Of a stretch of 64,000 bases of DNA, positions 11,050 through 25,975 are shown in pieces (the first letter of the stretch is position 1; each line of letters begins with the position of its first letter). The translations under genes were made by a program, and so were the position numbers. A model generated the notes under the pieces. It saw nothing but the letters and a program-made list of their open reading frames with translations, ran no database searches and had not been told where the DNA came from. The stretch covers positions 306,404,001-306,468,000 of the forward strand of contig OZ024741.1 in NCBI GenBank assembly GCA_964016885.1. Direction: 5' to 3'. Source of the DNA: Eledone cirrhosa (taxonomy: Eukaryota).

Positions 11050-14000
11050 CTGAGAGTAGAAGAAAATAAAATACTATAATTTTATGAATATTCAGAAACA
11101 CAGAACAAGTGTTTCCTTTATGGGATGACCCCATGGCAAGCTACTCCACATTTCCCTATCATCTGCATCCCTTCTTCACCAAACCCCTCCTCCTTCTCCT
11201 TCTCCTTCTTCTTCTTCTTCTTCTCCACATTCATAAAACAATAACTGATGACATATTATTCATAGTTTCTTTGAGTCTTTCAAGTGGGAGACAGGTTATT
11301 ATTTTTAACTGCTAACATTTTAGAGGAAGCTCATCATAATCGCCATTTAATTTCTATTTCCTATGATTGCATGAGCTAGACAGGCTATCATGTATTGAGG
11401 CTAGTTAGGTCAAGTAACTATGTTCTGCTCATATACTCCATTTTTGGCTTTGTTTCTAAGAATGGATACTCTCCCTAATGCCAACCACTTTACAGTCTGT
11501 ATTGGAAACATTTTATCGTGGCACCAGCACTACTAATTTACAGGGTAGACTGAGTGTTTTCATCATGGTACCAGCACTAACACTTTGTAGGGTGGACTTT
11601 TGTTGTGACACCAGTACTCTTACTTTATAAGGTGGACTAAGTGCTTTTTGCAGGGTGGACTGGATGTTTTGTGTCATGGCACCAGTATCACCACCTTTCA
11701 GGGTGGGCTGGGTGTTTTGTGTCGTGCAAATGGTAAATTGTATTAGACACTATGAGTACCAATTTTAGCAACAAATTACCATCACCACTATCATCACCAC
11801 CACCACCACCACCACTATCATCATTATCATTTTATGTCCACTTTCCATGCTGGCATGAGTTGGATGAGTTGTCACAGTTTGAGACTAGACATTTGTACCT
11901 TTAATATAATTCTCAGGGTGATTCAGTTTAATACAATGGAGGCACATGGCTTAGTGGTTAGAGCATTGGTTTTGCAATCGAAAGGTTGTGAGTTCAATTC
12001 TCAGACTGGGTGATGTGTTGTTTCCTTGAGCAAGACACTTTATTTCACATTGCTCCAGTTTACTCAGCTGTAGAAATGAGATGATAGGGACTGGGGGTCC
12101 ATATCATTCCACTGCAAAGTGGTCGTGGAGGTGCTATGGCAAAAAAGCACCCAGCACTCACTGTAAATGAGGTTGGTGTTAGGAAGGGCATCCAGCTGTA
12201 GAAATCAAGCCAGAATCAGTTCCCGTCCCACTCTTGCAAGCAAGGAAAAGCGGACGTAAAATGATGATGATGATGATGATGTGACAAAGCTAGCCTTTTG
12301 AATTACAGATACAGTCCATATTGAATTTTAGTGTAAGAGGCTGAGCATTCCACAGACACATGTAGCCTTAAAGTAATTCTCAGGAAGATTCAGTGAAACA
12401 CAGTGTATGACAAAACTGGCTCTTTCAATTACAGGTTCAAGCTATCCAATGAATTTCCAAGCAGTTTTACTCACAAGGAAAAGGTCTATCTAAGGTCATG
12501 GTAAATAACACTTGCCCAAACCTGGGACTTTAAGATTGTAAAGCAAACTTCTTAGCTATTTGACCAAGTGAAATCCTGAGGTATGTAGAACAGTGTTGCT
12601 GATGGGATATAAATTGTTGTTCTTTCTGTTGGAAGCTTAACATCTTAATGATTCTGTTTTATACTTCCATCCATGGATCCTTAACTTCTGATGGAGTTGT
12701 AGGGGTACTGCTGTGATATACCACATGTCTTGGGCTTCTAAACATGGTGGAGCCCATCCTTATCCATTTTGGAACACTGCCGATGTTTTTTCCAGAAAGA
12801 AAGAGAAAGAAACATAAAGGAAGAATCAACTCCAGTATTAAACTGGTACTTTATTTTATCAACCACGAAAGGACAAAATGCAAAGTTTACATTGGTGAGA
12901 TTGAAACTGCAGTTAGCCAAAACAAATACCACAAAGTATTCTTTCTAATCTTCTTATGACTGCCATTTTGCCACCTTAGTTCTATACTATTTATTCTTCT
13001 TTAGTTTCTTTTTCTCCTTGTGAAGCATTGGAGGATGAGAGATCTCCATTCTGCACAGTTGTCTTTTTGGTCACAGGCATGTTCTCAGGTTAGACATATG
13101 TATGTCTGGTCTTCCTCAACAAATCTCAACCAGATCTTGATGGGTCTGCCATGTTTCCTACACCCCTCTTCTGGCTTCCAATCACTGCAATCTAGTCTGG
13201 ATTCAATATTCTCTAACTTAGTTGTTTATGTTTCATTTTATTCAATTCTATACTTACCAAGAAGCAAATGACAAAAAAAATAAATAAATAAATAAAAATA
13301 GAGAAAGTAAATTGTACCACCTCTTACCTTACATCCAATTGAAAGAGCTTTCTCGGTTGCTTTATCAATAAAGTCCTGCAGTTTCTCTTTTTTCAGGTCC
13401 AACATAAATCTGTTGTAAAGGGAATGTTGTTATATTGTGTTTTAACCAATCTGATACCAAACCACCCCTGGTTCTATGAAATAGAGTTGTTTATTTTAGA
13501 GTGTTTAGATTTATCTAAAACCCTTCCATCATAATTTTATGAAAGAACTTTGTTAAGTTATGTTAGAAACACTAATTTAATGCTTTTGATACCAACCTGG
13601 CCAAAACTGGCTCTGGTTTTATGAAATGAAACAAAGCTGTTTATTTTAGAGTGTTTAGATTTACCTAAAACTTTTCTATCATAATTTTATGTAAGATATT
13701 TGTTAAATTATATTAGAAACACCAAATTAACCCTTTTGATACCAAAACCAGCTCTGGTTCTATGAAATAAAACCACCCATTTTAAAGGGGTCCTATTTGA
13801 ATTAAAACCTTCAAACATAATTATATGTTAAGCTACTATCCTATTAATAAAATAATTAATAATTTTAGTAAATGCCTTGTAGCAAGCTACTTTCCTTTGG
13901 CGCATTGATACGCTGTCCGTACGTGATTTGGCTAAGTTAAGCCAATCGTGATCTGCGCACGGATATGTAATTTCAACTGAGAAATTCCTGCTTCTTTTAA

Positions 14001-17000
14001 TAAACTAATCCTCTTTGCGCATCAACTGCGGTAAGGTAAACTAATTCTTCTTTTGCTCTGCAAACACAAACCAACATGTAACGACAACAATAACTACGGG
14101 CCTGGCTAACACCTCAGCCAGTTGACTGTACCTTCTAAACTCTTAATTCGTTTGTTCGTTTCTATTGGCATGCCAGCCCAGCTTAATCCAGCTCTTCTCA
14201 CCTTAAACATTGTTAATAAATTCTGTTACAACGAACTACAAATTGTCGTCAACATTATTTTATCTTACTTCTAAACTGGTTACTATTACTTGCTGCTATA
14301 TTGGTGAACTCTGTTGATACATACATAGTACACAATACACAAATACAAATATTATTATTCATGTTAATATCATTTAAAATTCTGTTAAAGCCTCATTGAT
14401 TAATAGATAAAGAGTGTATTTCATTGGAAATACTGCCATGAAAATTAATTATATTATTATTATATATCCCACCAAAATCTTAATTTTTTTTTTCTATTTG
14501 AAAATCATTGAAATGTCTTTCACTCGAAATATGGCAATGAAAACTTTAAATGTAACTTTTCAGAAAGTTACAAATTCCATTTTAGTCTAAATAAAAATTT
14601 TTAAAAATTCAGAGACATGCCAGCATGGAAAAAATGACACAATAATCCTGATGATAATGATACTGTTGATGATACAATAATCTTGATGATATGATAATGA
14701 TATGATAATATTAATGATATTTTTGGCAGTATCGGTAGGGGGTCGGACGCCATGCTTTGCCGCATAGAGTTACGGCCCTTTATGGTCCGAGTTCAAATCC
14801 CGTCGAGGTTAACTTTGCCTTTCATCCTTACGGGTCGATAAAATAAAGTACCAGAAACAATTAATGATATTTATAATGAGGGTGACAATGGTAACAACTA
14901 TGACAATGATAATGATGATGTTCTCACCTTATTCCTATTTCTATATTAACCCTTGAACATTTAAACCAGCCATATCCTGCCAGAACTCTCTACCACTCAT
15001 ACTGATGTATGAGTTATTGTTCTCTAAATAAATAACATCAAAATCTCGTAGATTCAATATTATGCGAAATAATTATGTGATGTAAAGACTTTACCGTGAA
15101 AATATAATAGTAAATATAGAGTCATGTAAATACTAAAGGGTTAAAGTGGAAAGTGAATACATTTAGACAACATGAAGTAGAGAAGACCCTCTCTCTAGTC
15201 CTGTTAACAATTTCACTAATGTTGATGACATGACAGAAAGCACCCAACATGCACTATATTGTGGTTGGCAATCAAATGGAGTCAATGCTCACTTTTTTCC
15301 ATCTTCAGGGATATATTACCTGATTTATCCAACTATTTTCTATAGTTATCAATTATTATTATAGTTATCAATTATTATTATAGTTATCAACTATTATTAT
15401 AGTTATCAGCATATTCAATTGAATAAGAAAGATTTGGTAAATTATCTATTGGATAAAGTTTTACTCACTTGGCAGTTTCAATAATAATTTTTGTTTCGTT
15501 GGAAAATGTTTGTGTTATTTCTGGTATTAAATTATGGATTGAGCTTGAGAGAGAGAAAGAGAAAAAAGTAGATGAAAGAAAAAGAAAATGCAATAACAAC
15601 AGTATAGTTGTTTAGTACGGCTCTCACATGAACACTATGATCTGTCAAAAATATTCTAAGATTTGTATCAAATTTCTACCTACTCCTTTTCTACATATCA
15701 AGCAAGGCCATTGATGAGATCAGGGTCCTGTCTTCTTTCTTATTTTGGTTTTTGCCAAGTTTAATAATGAAATTATTGTGTAAAGTGCTCAGGTGCACTA
15801 CAACTCGTCAAAGGTGCATGTATAGTACATAGAATAATATACAAATGTCAGGGAAGTGAATAGTGTATGAGTCATGATATACATGTGTGTATGTGTATGG
15901 AGGGGGAACATTAGGTATAGTGTTGGCGAATCTCGGGAAGCATGGAGGTTTTAAAGGATGCAGTGTCTCGACAGCTAACAACTGATGTAGGTAGTTTGTT
16001 CCATGCTTCAGCAACTCTGAGCGTGAAAAAATGTTTCCGAAAGTCATGGGAACTGTGCTGTTTTCTGACTTTGTGGGCATGCCCACGTGTGTTAGACACA
16101 TGGAAATCAAAAAGGTACTCAGGGTTGTTGTTGGCAAGATGGTTAACAATTTTGTAGGTGTTTACCAAGTCAGTTGCCAGGCGTTGGAGCTTCAATGTAT
16201 CCATGCCCAGGGAAGCAAGGTGCTCAGAGTATGGTAGATGCCCGATGGAGAGTATTCGCTTAGTTGCACGTCTCTGAACAGTTTCCAGGCGGTCAATGTT
16301 CTGGGCAAGATAGGGGTTCCAGACTGGTGATGCAAATTCTAGCCATGTACAGCCTTAAATAGATAGCTGGAGAGCGGCTGACAAAGGTCTTTCTGAGTGA
16401 TGCTAAGACACCCTCGGCCCTCTTGACAATTTTAGAGACGTGTTTTAGAGACGTGCAATTTTAGAGACGTCCAACGCAAATCACTGCTGACCATAATGCC
16501 CAGGTCACGTTCACAAGAAGACTTCTTGATATTAGTGCTGTGGAGGGAGTATGTGGACGCTGGGTTTTTACTCCCAAAATTCATGGTGGTGCACTTGTCC
16601 ACAGCTAGCTTGAGTTGCCAGTCTGAGATCCATTGTTGCATTGTGTCCAGGTCAGACTGCAAGCAAGATCTATAGTGTTCAGGATCTGTCCTTTTTATCT
16701 CAAGGTATAGCTTGATGTCATCTGCGTACTTTAGTACTGTGGCATTCTTTAAGTTGGCATCTACGTCATTAATATAGGCCACAAACAAAAGGGGGCCAAG
16801 AACAGATCCCTGTGGTACACCAGATGACATCTCATATGGTGAGGAATGCTGTCCCAGAACCGTGACTACCTCTCTTCGACTGAGAATGAAGGACTTCAAC
16901 CACTTAAAAAGATCATCCTTCACACCCATTGCAGAGAGTTTTGCCATAAGCCTTTTGTGTGGCACAGAATTGAAAGCTTTCGCAAAGTCAAGGTAAACAA

Positions 17001-20000
17001 CATCCACCCATGAGCCGCCATCAGTGATCCGGGTGATGTCTTCAAGAAACTCGATAAGTTGATCACAGCAGCTGGAGTTGGGGATAAATCCAAATTGTGA
17101 GGGCAAGATAAGACTGCGAGAGCTCCAGAAGTTCCAAAGTGTTTCTCTGACACAGGATTCCATCAGTTTGGCAATGCAACTAGTAAGACTGACTGGACGA
17201 TAGTTCACAGGTGATGTGCGGTCACCCTTTTTGAACATAGGAATGACACTGGCAGTTTTCCACTGTTCTGGAGTAGCACCGTTGTTCAGACAGAATTGGA
17301 AGAAGCATGATAGCTGGTGCAGAAGGAAGTACCCACCATGTTTAAGAAGCAGGTACGTAACACCATCAAGACCAGGAGAGGCATGGTTGCGTTATTTTTT
17401 AGGTGACGTCGCAGCATTGCAGGTGTAAAATCCATGGTTGTAATAGAATCCGGTGTCATAGGTTGTGGAGACGGTACACTCTGGTCTTCAATAGTGAAAA
17501 TGCCTGCATAGCATTCAGCAATGAGCTCTGCACATTCCTTGGGGTCGTAACCTGGCTTGTGTGGGGATTGTGAAGAGGACCAACTGGAGAGTGAGGCCTC
17601 TGCTTTGAGTGAACATACTTCCAGAACACCTTACTGTCAGGGCTGGTTGCTATGCGCTGCTCAAATTGAAGCACTGCCTTTTTTGTCACCTGTTTGAGGT
17701 GGTTGGACGATCTATTTCGCCTCTTCCTATTAATGTCTGATTTGTGCAGTTTGTACTCACGTTCAGCATTGCGACGTTCTTTTCTGGCAAGACGGACTGC
17801 TGCAGTCTCCCAAATTGCACTTTTGGGATGTTTTTTCCGCTTACGTGGCACCGATGCTGCACATGCTGTCCATATTGAGCTCAGGATGTTCTGGAGTACA
17901 GTGTTGACATCTCCAGAGTCGTAGAACTCAAGCCAGTTTGGATGTGGCAACTTGGTGCAGTAACAGTTCCAGTCTGCTTTATTCCAGTCAAAATGAGCAG
18001 TTTGGAGATGGTTGTGATTCTTGTTACTGCCCATGGGGGATAGATTGGCAATGATCATAGCATGATCAGAGTCACCTAAAGGTTCCTCAGCAGTAACACT
18101 AATGACCGTTTCAGGAGTAGTGGTGAAGAGTAGGTCCAAAGTGTTGTCACCTCTTGTTGGGGAGGTGACTACTTGGGACCAGTTCGAGTCCAGCACTAGC
18201 TCAAGGAAGTCATTTGCACTTGGCGGCCAACGAAAGGTTTCCCAGTCAATCTCAGGGTGATTGAAGTCTCCTGCAATAAAAACATAAGTGGCTGTTTTCC
18301 TGGCAGCAGCTCTGAGGATATTACAAAGTTGAGTGTCCTGATGGTAATTTGGAGGACGGTAAACGACTCCAAGTAGCAGTGTTGACATGGTCATACGTAT
18401 ATCGCAGGAAAAAACTTTCTGCAGTGATTGGTTCAAATCAACACAAGGAATTGCTGACAAATTTGACCATTACAATTTGACCAACGTAGACCATTACACC
18501 ACCACCACCATGATTAATGCGGTCTTTATGAAACAGGTTGTAGCCAGTTATGCTGAAAATCCCATCACAGAGTAAGGGATGTGCCCAAGTTTCCGTGACT
18601 GTAATGAAGTCAGGGTTGATACTTTTGACGTAGGAGTCAAAAAGATGAATCTTATTGCATAGACTATGTGCATTCAAGGACAACAATTTGTACCTTGATT
18701 CCAGTATATGATTATGTGCAGGAGATGGCAGGTTGTTCTGATTTAGTTTCCCAGAGTTTTTTCAGTTTCTTTGTCAGTTGTTGTGGGTACAGTGTTTTCA
18801 GACCAGCTGGTATCTCTTTTCCATGTTTCACCAGCCTTAACAAACTTCCATATCTGCCCATCATCACGTAGGCTAAAGCTTTCATGTTCTGCCGAGCTGC
18901 GGTTTAAGGAAGCTGCAGCACGCAACTTTGGGCGGACATCAGGTGGAAGACCAGGGCGTGTTCGGAAAGCAATCCAACTTTCACGCCTAGCTTTATCAGA
19001 GGCTACAAGGTATGAACGTGCCTCAGTTGAGTTCGAAAACGACAGTCTAATTAGCCTGGATTTCGGGCCTGGTCGGCCAAGGCGTAGAGCACCCTTTGCG
19101 GAAGCACAGCCCAAGTCTTTGGATGAACTGGCAGCAAATGCCTGAAGATCAACTATCTCTTCTGGTACACCAATGGCAATCACTTCATGGTTTACAGATT
19201 CAGTGGCATTCTCAATGCGTCTAGGTTCAACATGAGGTACACGGAGATTTTTTAACAAGGCACTCCGATAAGATGGCTTAAAGCGGAAATCATTTGCCGT
19301 ATTTCCGCAAACTCCGTATTGACGGTCAATTTTTGTTGTTGTTCTTCTCCTTCAACAGGCATGGTAGGAGAAGACACAGTCATCGGTTGTTGTTGTTGAA
19401 AAGTAACGGGGGAGGAAGACATGGGTTGCTGTTGTTGATGAAGTCCTTCAACGGGGGTAGTAGCAGAAGCTACGGTCGTTGGTTTTTGCTGTTGTTCAGG
19501 AACAATGGTAGAGGAAGACACGATCTTCGGTTTTTGTTGTTGCTGTTCGGGAACAATGGTAGAGGAAGACATGATCTTCGGTTTTTGTTGTTGTTGTTCA
19601 GCAGCAATGGTAGAGGCAGACATACAGTCCAGGCACTGAAAGGACCAATTTGTTAGCTGGACCATCTCCCAGAGTCCATCCATCATAGCAATATGATGTT
19701 TCTTGTTTTGGCCTGGAATCTTCCGGAAGCCTGTGGCGCATTGAAGGCAGACAGAGATGTGACAGGTTCCACATTCGACCCAACGATTACGGAGCGAGTT
19801 ATGGGCAATGTTCTATTTTGGAACATCGACCAGTTTTGTCGCATACTTTATCCATGGATATCACCATGGCAATTTTGTTATTTCTGCCCATCCGTAGAAA
19901 AACACAGAATGTAAACAATATAGGTTTGGTAAGATTGTAAGGTATAAGATTGGTAAGATTGTAAGATTGGCCGGTATAGTGTCTCACACGAAATAGTGTG

Positions 20001-23000
20001 GTTTCTTTTCACTTGTGTGTATATGCGTGTGGTATGTATCTGTATATAAATCTGTGTGTATATTGTTGTTTATAGGTTTTGTGGAGTACTTACTGCGATC
20101 TCTAAGGGATGTAGTGATTTGTTTAAGTTCTGTTCTGCAATTTTTTCCCTAGCTTTTTTCACATCTTCTGCTAAAAGAACCAGATCATAAATATAAAGAA
20201 GTTCCCATGAACAGCTACTCTTAAGCTCCTCAGTTATGGCCTGGAGAACAGGAATGGGCTGAGGACTGATCCCTGATGAACTCCTATTTGTGCATTGAAT
20301 TCTTTACTAAACTCATTGCCTACTCTTACTTTACTGATAGCTCCTTTGTTATAGTTTGGTGAAGAAAATTAAAATTACTTATTCTGTCTTATAAAACAAT
20401 GGGTTATGTACTAGTTACAATATAATGTTAGTGTTAATAAAGTGACAAAGCAGAGATGAGTTGAGAGGAAAATTGTACTCACGTATTAGAGAAATAGACA
20501 ATGTCAAACAAATACTTGTATTGTTGTTTGAGTGGCATACTCTTAATGGCATCAAAAGGAAGAAATATGACTTTAAAAGAATCCACTGGGATAGACTCTG
20601 GAATGGAAATAAAGAAAACTAGACACTTTTGATATCAATAAGAAAAATTTCTAATTTATTTAATGCTTTAATCTTTTTAAGATTGCTTTTCAAATGAAAT
20701 ATATTTTGTTTTAATTAATTAATGAAAAATTTTAAGAGACATACTAAATGTATTAATTATTTCATTACTAAGCTTTATATGGTTCATATATAGTGTTTAT
20801 AAAACTATATCTATGTTTACACAATCGCACCTGCATTTACACAGGCATGGCTGTGTTTATAAAACTATTCCTACATCTATGCAGTTAAGTCTGCATTAAG
20901 ATAACCATATCTGCATTTACACATCCATGCCTGCATTTATACACCAATATTTACCTCTGCATAACCATGCCTAAACTTAGACAACCATACTTGCATTTAC
21001 ACAGCTATATTTGAGTTTACACAGCAATGATATTTATCATCATTTAATGTCTGCTTTCCCTGCTAGCAAGGGTTGGATGTGTTATCGTAAACAAAGTCAA
21101 TACCTAGCTGGAGCCACTGACTTTCTAGAGAGGCCAGGACAAGTATCTCGCTTACATACAAACCTGTACACAGCCTACAGAGTGTACTGGGTGCATTTTA
21201 TTGTGGCACCAGTACTAGGGCGGTTGTCATGACTTTGACACACCTGAACAATTCTCTTAACCTTTTGATTGGCAAGCTTTCTATGACTGCAGGCCTGTCT
21301 ATCATCAACTGTTTATAACTATAAACATATTCTATAGTAGCTAAAAGAAAATAGTGAGACTTACCATATTCAGCTTCACTGTCCCTACTGTCAGTTTTGT
21401 TTGTTTGGGTAACATTTGAATCTTCAGTATCCTTTGGATCTTCAGTATTCTTTGGATCTTCAGTATCCTTTGGATCTTCTTCTTCTTCTATAATTTCTGT
21501 AAGAAATAATGGATTGTTACATATTTTTCTCTATTTAGTGTTGCTTTGAAACAGTGGTGGAAATGGATTTTAGGAACTAGGGGTAAGGGAGCACACTAAA
21601 GTTGTATGAAGCTAAAGTTGGGAGGTGGGGTGTAGATACTTTAAGCTTCCATCCTGTGAAAGGTAGCTAAATGGTATTCCCCTGCATACTCCCCACCTCC
21701 ATCACTGATTTTAAAGAATGAAATAATAATAATATGCCAGCATGGAAAATAGACATTAAAAAGTGATGACGATCAATCGCTTCTGATTTAAGCACAAGAT
21801 CATAAATTTGAAGGCAGAGGAATGTCAATAGTAAATTGACCTCAGTGTTTTAGTGGTAGTGTATTTTATCAACTAGTATACTTGATTGGTACTTTATTTT
21901 ATTGATCCTAGAAGGATGAAAGGCAAAGTTGATCTCTGCAGGATTTGTTTGAAAGAGCCATAACTACTCTCAGGTCCCAAATAATGGGGGGGGGGGGGGG
22001 GGGGGGCTGCTGGAATAAGTGTTGGAGAATCGATAATTTTTCTCGGTAGTCTTCATTGATTTAAAAAAAAAAACAGAATTAGTCATTTAGTTTTCATATT
22101 GAGACCCCAACCCTTTTTATCATGTATAATGTTTTTTAATGTCTACCATTTCACCAGAAATAATGTAAAATGTTTTTTAATACTACCATTTCACCAGAGA
22201 CAGATTAGGGAAATTTAATAAGCTAGGGTAGGGTGGTGGAAAAATCTGAAAAATTAATAAGTGGGAGAGGATGATTATTCAAGATCCGAGAGTAAATACT
22301 GCAAGTCATTTTGTCTGATATTCTAACGATAATAGATACATATATACACATACATGGTGCATCAGCTATTTGAGAACAAATCGTTTAAGAAATGTAAGTG
22401 GCCCAAACTTTAACTAAATATCCTCTTTTTTTTTGTCTCTAATATATATTACCCAGTGTAGATACCCTCCCATCACACCACCTGATCATGTATTAACAGA
22501 ATCACAAGAAATGAATAAATGAATAAAAGAAAGGATTTTAAAGAGAAACGCTTACCTGTAACTTTAATATCAGCAGGATCAGTTTCTTTAGGAGGAATAT
22601 ATCTTTCACCAGTCATTATTGTATGAAACATTGAAGTTAGGTTATATTCAGTCACATTTCGAGCCGTCTACAAAAAAATGTATAACAGCATTCATTTACA
22701 ACCAGATGTAAACCTGGCCAAAACCAGCATTGATTCTTTGAAACAAAACCATCCATTTTAACCCTTTAGCATTTACATTACTCTATATATACTATTATAT
22801 TTATTTTCATATTTTCACAGTAAAAGTTTTACCTCACATAATTATCTCGCATAATATTGAATCTATGAGATTTTGATATTATTTATATTTTGAGAATAAT
22901 ACCTTAACATCAGTATGAGTGGCTGGTTACAGCTAGTTTGAACAAAAAGAGGTGAGAGAATTCTGGCTGGATACAGCTGGTTTAAATGCTAAAGGGTTAA

Positions 23001-25892
23001 AGGTTTCCTATTTAAATTAAAATCTTCCAACATATTTGCATATAACTGATTGGTTAAGATTACCACACTAACATTGATTAGGTGTTTTGTCAGTCTGACA
23101 TTTTTATCAACTTGTCCTGTCCTTGATGGTTGTCTTCTCAGAGCAATAAGACCTGCTTGCAAGTCCTACAAAGTACTAACTGTTGGTTTTTTTACTTATC
23201 ACCAAGTATTTGTTGAATACCATCCAGAGGTAAATTACATGTTCATTTTCATGATATACTAGTTAATCCCATGCTGCCTGACTCACGACTCTATACTGGT
23301 ACCAGTAAAATATTATGGTCATTGTAATCAACTTGCCTCTCCCTTAAAATTGCTGGCTTTCTTCCTAAACTAGAAACAATTATTTTGAGAGCCAATATTC
23401 TACACAATACTTCATGGAAATTGAACCACTGGTGGAGCCATAGGGCTTCCCTCATGACATATGACATATCTTGTGTGGATCCTATTTCTCTCCAGGTTAG
23501 AATGTATAATATAGCTGATTTCTCTGAGAGAGAGAGAGAGACCCCAGTATTGGACTGGTACTTTAATTATTGGCTTCGAAAGGAAAGGCAAAGTAGACAT
23601 CAGCAGGATTTGAACTCAGTACACACAGAACTGAAATGAATACCACAGAGAATTGTATCAGTCAACTTGCCATCAACACACTACTTACCTTTCTGTATAA
23701 TCCATTGAATTTCTTGAATAGTTCTTTGAAATCACTTTCAATTCCCATTGCAATGTATGGTCCAACTAAAATATCTCCCCAGTAACCTCTCACGTTTATT
23801 CTTTCACCATTCTGCAGAGCAATGCAAAATTAAATAAACCTGGTATAAGAAAACAATTCTCACTCATGATGAAAACCAAACCAAAAAGTCCCGTTGGTAC
23901 AGTTAGAAAATTTCATCACAAATGGCTATAATATTAGCTGATTACTATAATAGCTGAGAATGTCCAATAAAGATCCCCCGAAGATTGAAAAAAGTGGACA
24001 GGTGCAATTTCCTTGCAGATGCTTCTGTTCACATTTTCTATCACCAGAGGATCCTTACCTGATTTGCTCAACTATTATTCATAGTGATCAATCATTATTA
24101 TGGTCGTTTGCATTGGAACAACTACATTTAAAATTTCTAATTTTCCAAATGCTTCCTAGGTCAACTAGGTGTTTAAAGGAGGAATAATTCAATTAATGCC
24201 TTTTGTACAATTTCCCAAAATTATATCTGTTTGTATTTGGTTTAGAATAGATACACTGAAGGTTGATGTCAGGAAGAGCATCCAGCTATAAAATGTTACA
24301 ACAAAATGTAAGTATGAAATTTGGTGAGTATGAAATTTGTCATGGTGCCCACAAGGCTAACATCATGTTTTAGCAGGGAAATTGACCTTAAAACATTTGT
24401 AATAGTAGTAGTAAAAGTAGTAGTACTAGCACAATTTCTCTGGAGTGTGTATGAGTGTATCCAGTTTAGAATAGGTATCCCTGTGTATTGTAAGAGGTGA
24501 CAAAAAAGGTTGGAGCCAGGAAGAGTATTTGGCTGTAATATATTGCTTCATAAATGACTCCCTGGTCAATATGAAGTCTGTCATGGGGCTCACAAGACTA
24601 ACTCCTGCTTTAGCAGGAAAAATTACCTTAAAACACTTGTATGTGCGAGCAAAACTATTTTACCAGTTTCTAAAAACTAGTCCACCAGTTTGTTTTTTTA
24701 TATACTATTTTATGAGTTCAGGATTAGAACTCCTAACAGTGGATTATTGAAATAAATTCAGTAGAATGTCCATAGTTTTGGACACCCCTAACCATTTTTA
24801 CTGCATTGAAATTTGGGTAATGACTGAAAGAAGACGATCGTGAATATAAGCAGTCAAAATGGAGTTTCTTTGAAGGGACTTTGGAGCAATGTTACTCAAT
24901 AGAGTGCGTAGCTCGAAGATCAGAGAGTTACTCCAAGTTGAGCCACTACTTCTCCGAATTGAGAGATCACAGTTCCGATACTATGACCATGTGGTTAGAA
25001 TGTCTCAGGAAAGAATCACTGGACAGATTTTTACGGGCAAAACCAACTGGTAGGAGATGCAGGGGTAGAATCCAAAGCAAGATGGTTGGATAACATCCAT
25101 GAGCTTGGTTAGTCTCGCTTGGCGATCCAGCCAGATCAGTTGGAGATGTTGGCTTCTGACAGGACCCGCTGGAAGGAGTGTTTGAGGACTCTGCCCCCTT
25201 GACCCTCTCAGGAATAAGTAGGCGAAGAAGAAGACACTTGGCAATATCAGCAATTGTGGGGACCTATGCTGGTTTCAGCAATGAGTGTTCTAGTTGATTG
25301 ATAAATAGAACTGCCTGCTCATTAAATTAATATTTAAGTGGCTGAGCATTCCACAGATGCATGTACCTTTAACATAATTCTCAGGGAGACTATGTGTGAC
25401 ATGAGAGTATTTCATAGTTATGTGTACCCTTAACATAGTTCCCAAGGATATTCAGTGACACAGTGTGGGACAAGACAGGTCTTTTAAATTACAGGTATCT
25501 TTCTCAAGGACACAAAACACTGCCTGATCCAGGAATGGAACTCATATCCTTATGACCATGAGCTGAACAAATGCTTTTACTAACAGGAAAATTAGTCTGG
25601 GCACACACACACACACATACACACAAGCATGTACAAACATATATATGCACCCACATATGTAGCAACATTTGCACACTTATATATACACACAAATAAGTAT
25701 GTAAGAGGTATTAACTTCATGGAACCTACCTTCATCAGTGTTATTCCTGATGCTAGAGTAGTGTTAGGATGAACATAGTCACCATCACGATTCTCAAATG
25801 CAACTCCAATATTTCTCCAGTTCTTGTATTCATGCTGATCAATCACATCAGCCTTTAAGAACACAAAAAGTGTATATATTTATATACACACA

Positions 25893-25975
<83 letters not shown>

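Noticed and set aside
11938-12010. Possible functional tRNA genes at SINE heads
   Set aside because: A and B boxes are present, but the cloverleaf is incomplete and continues into a SINE body
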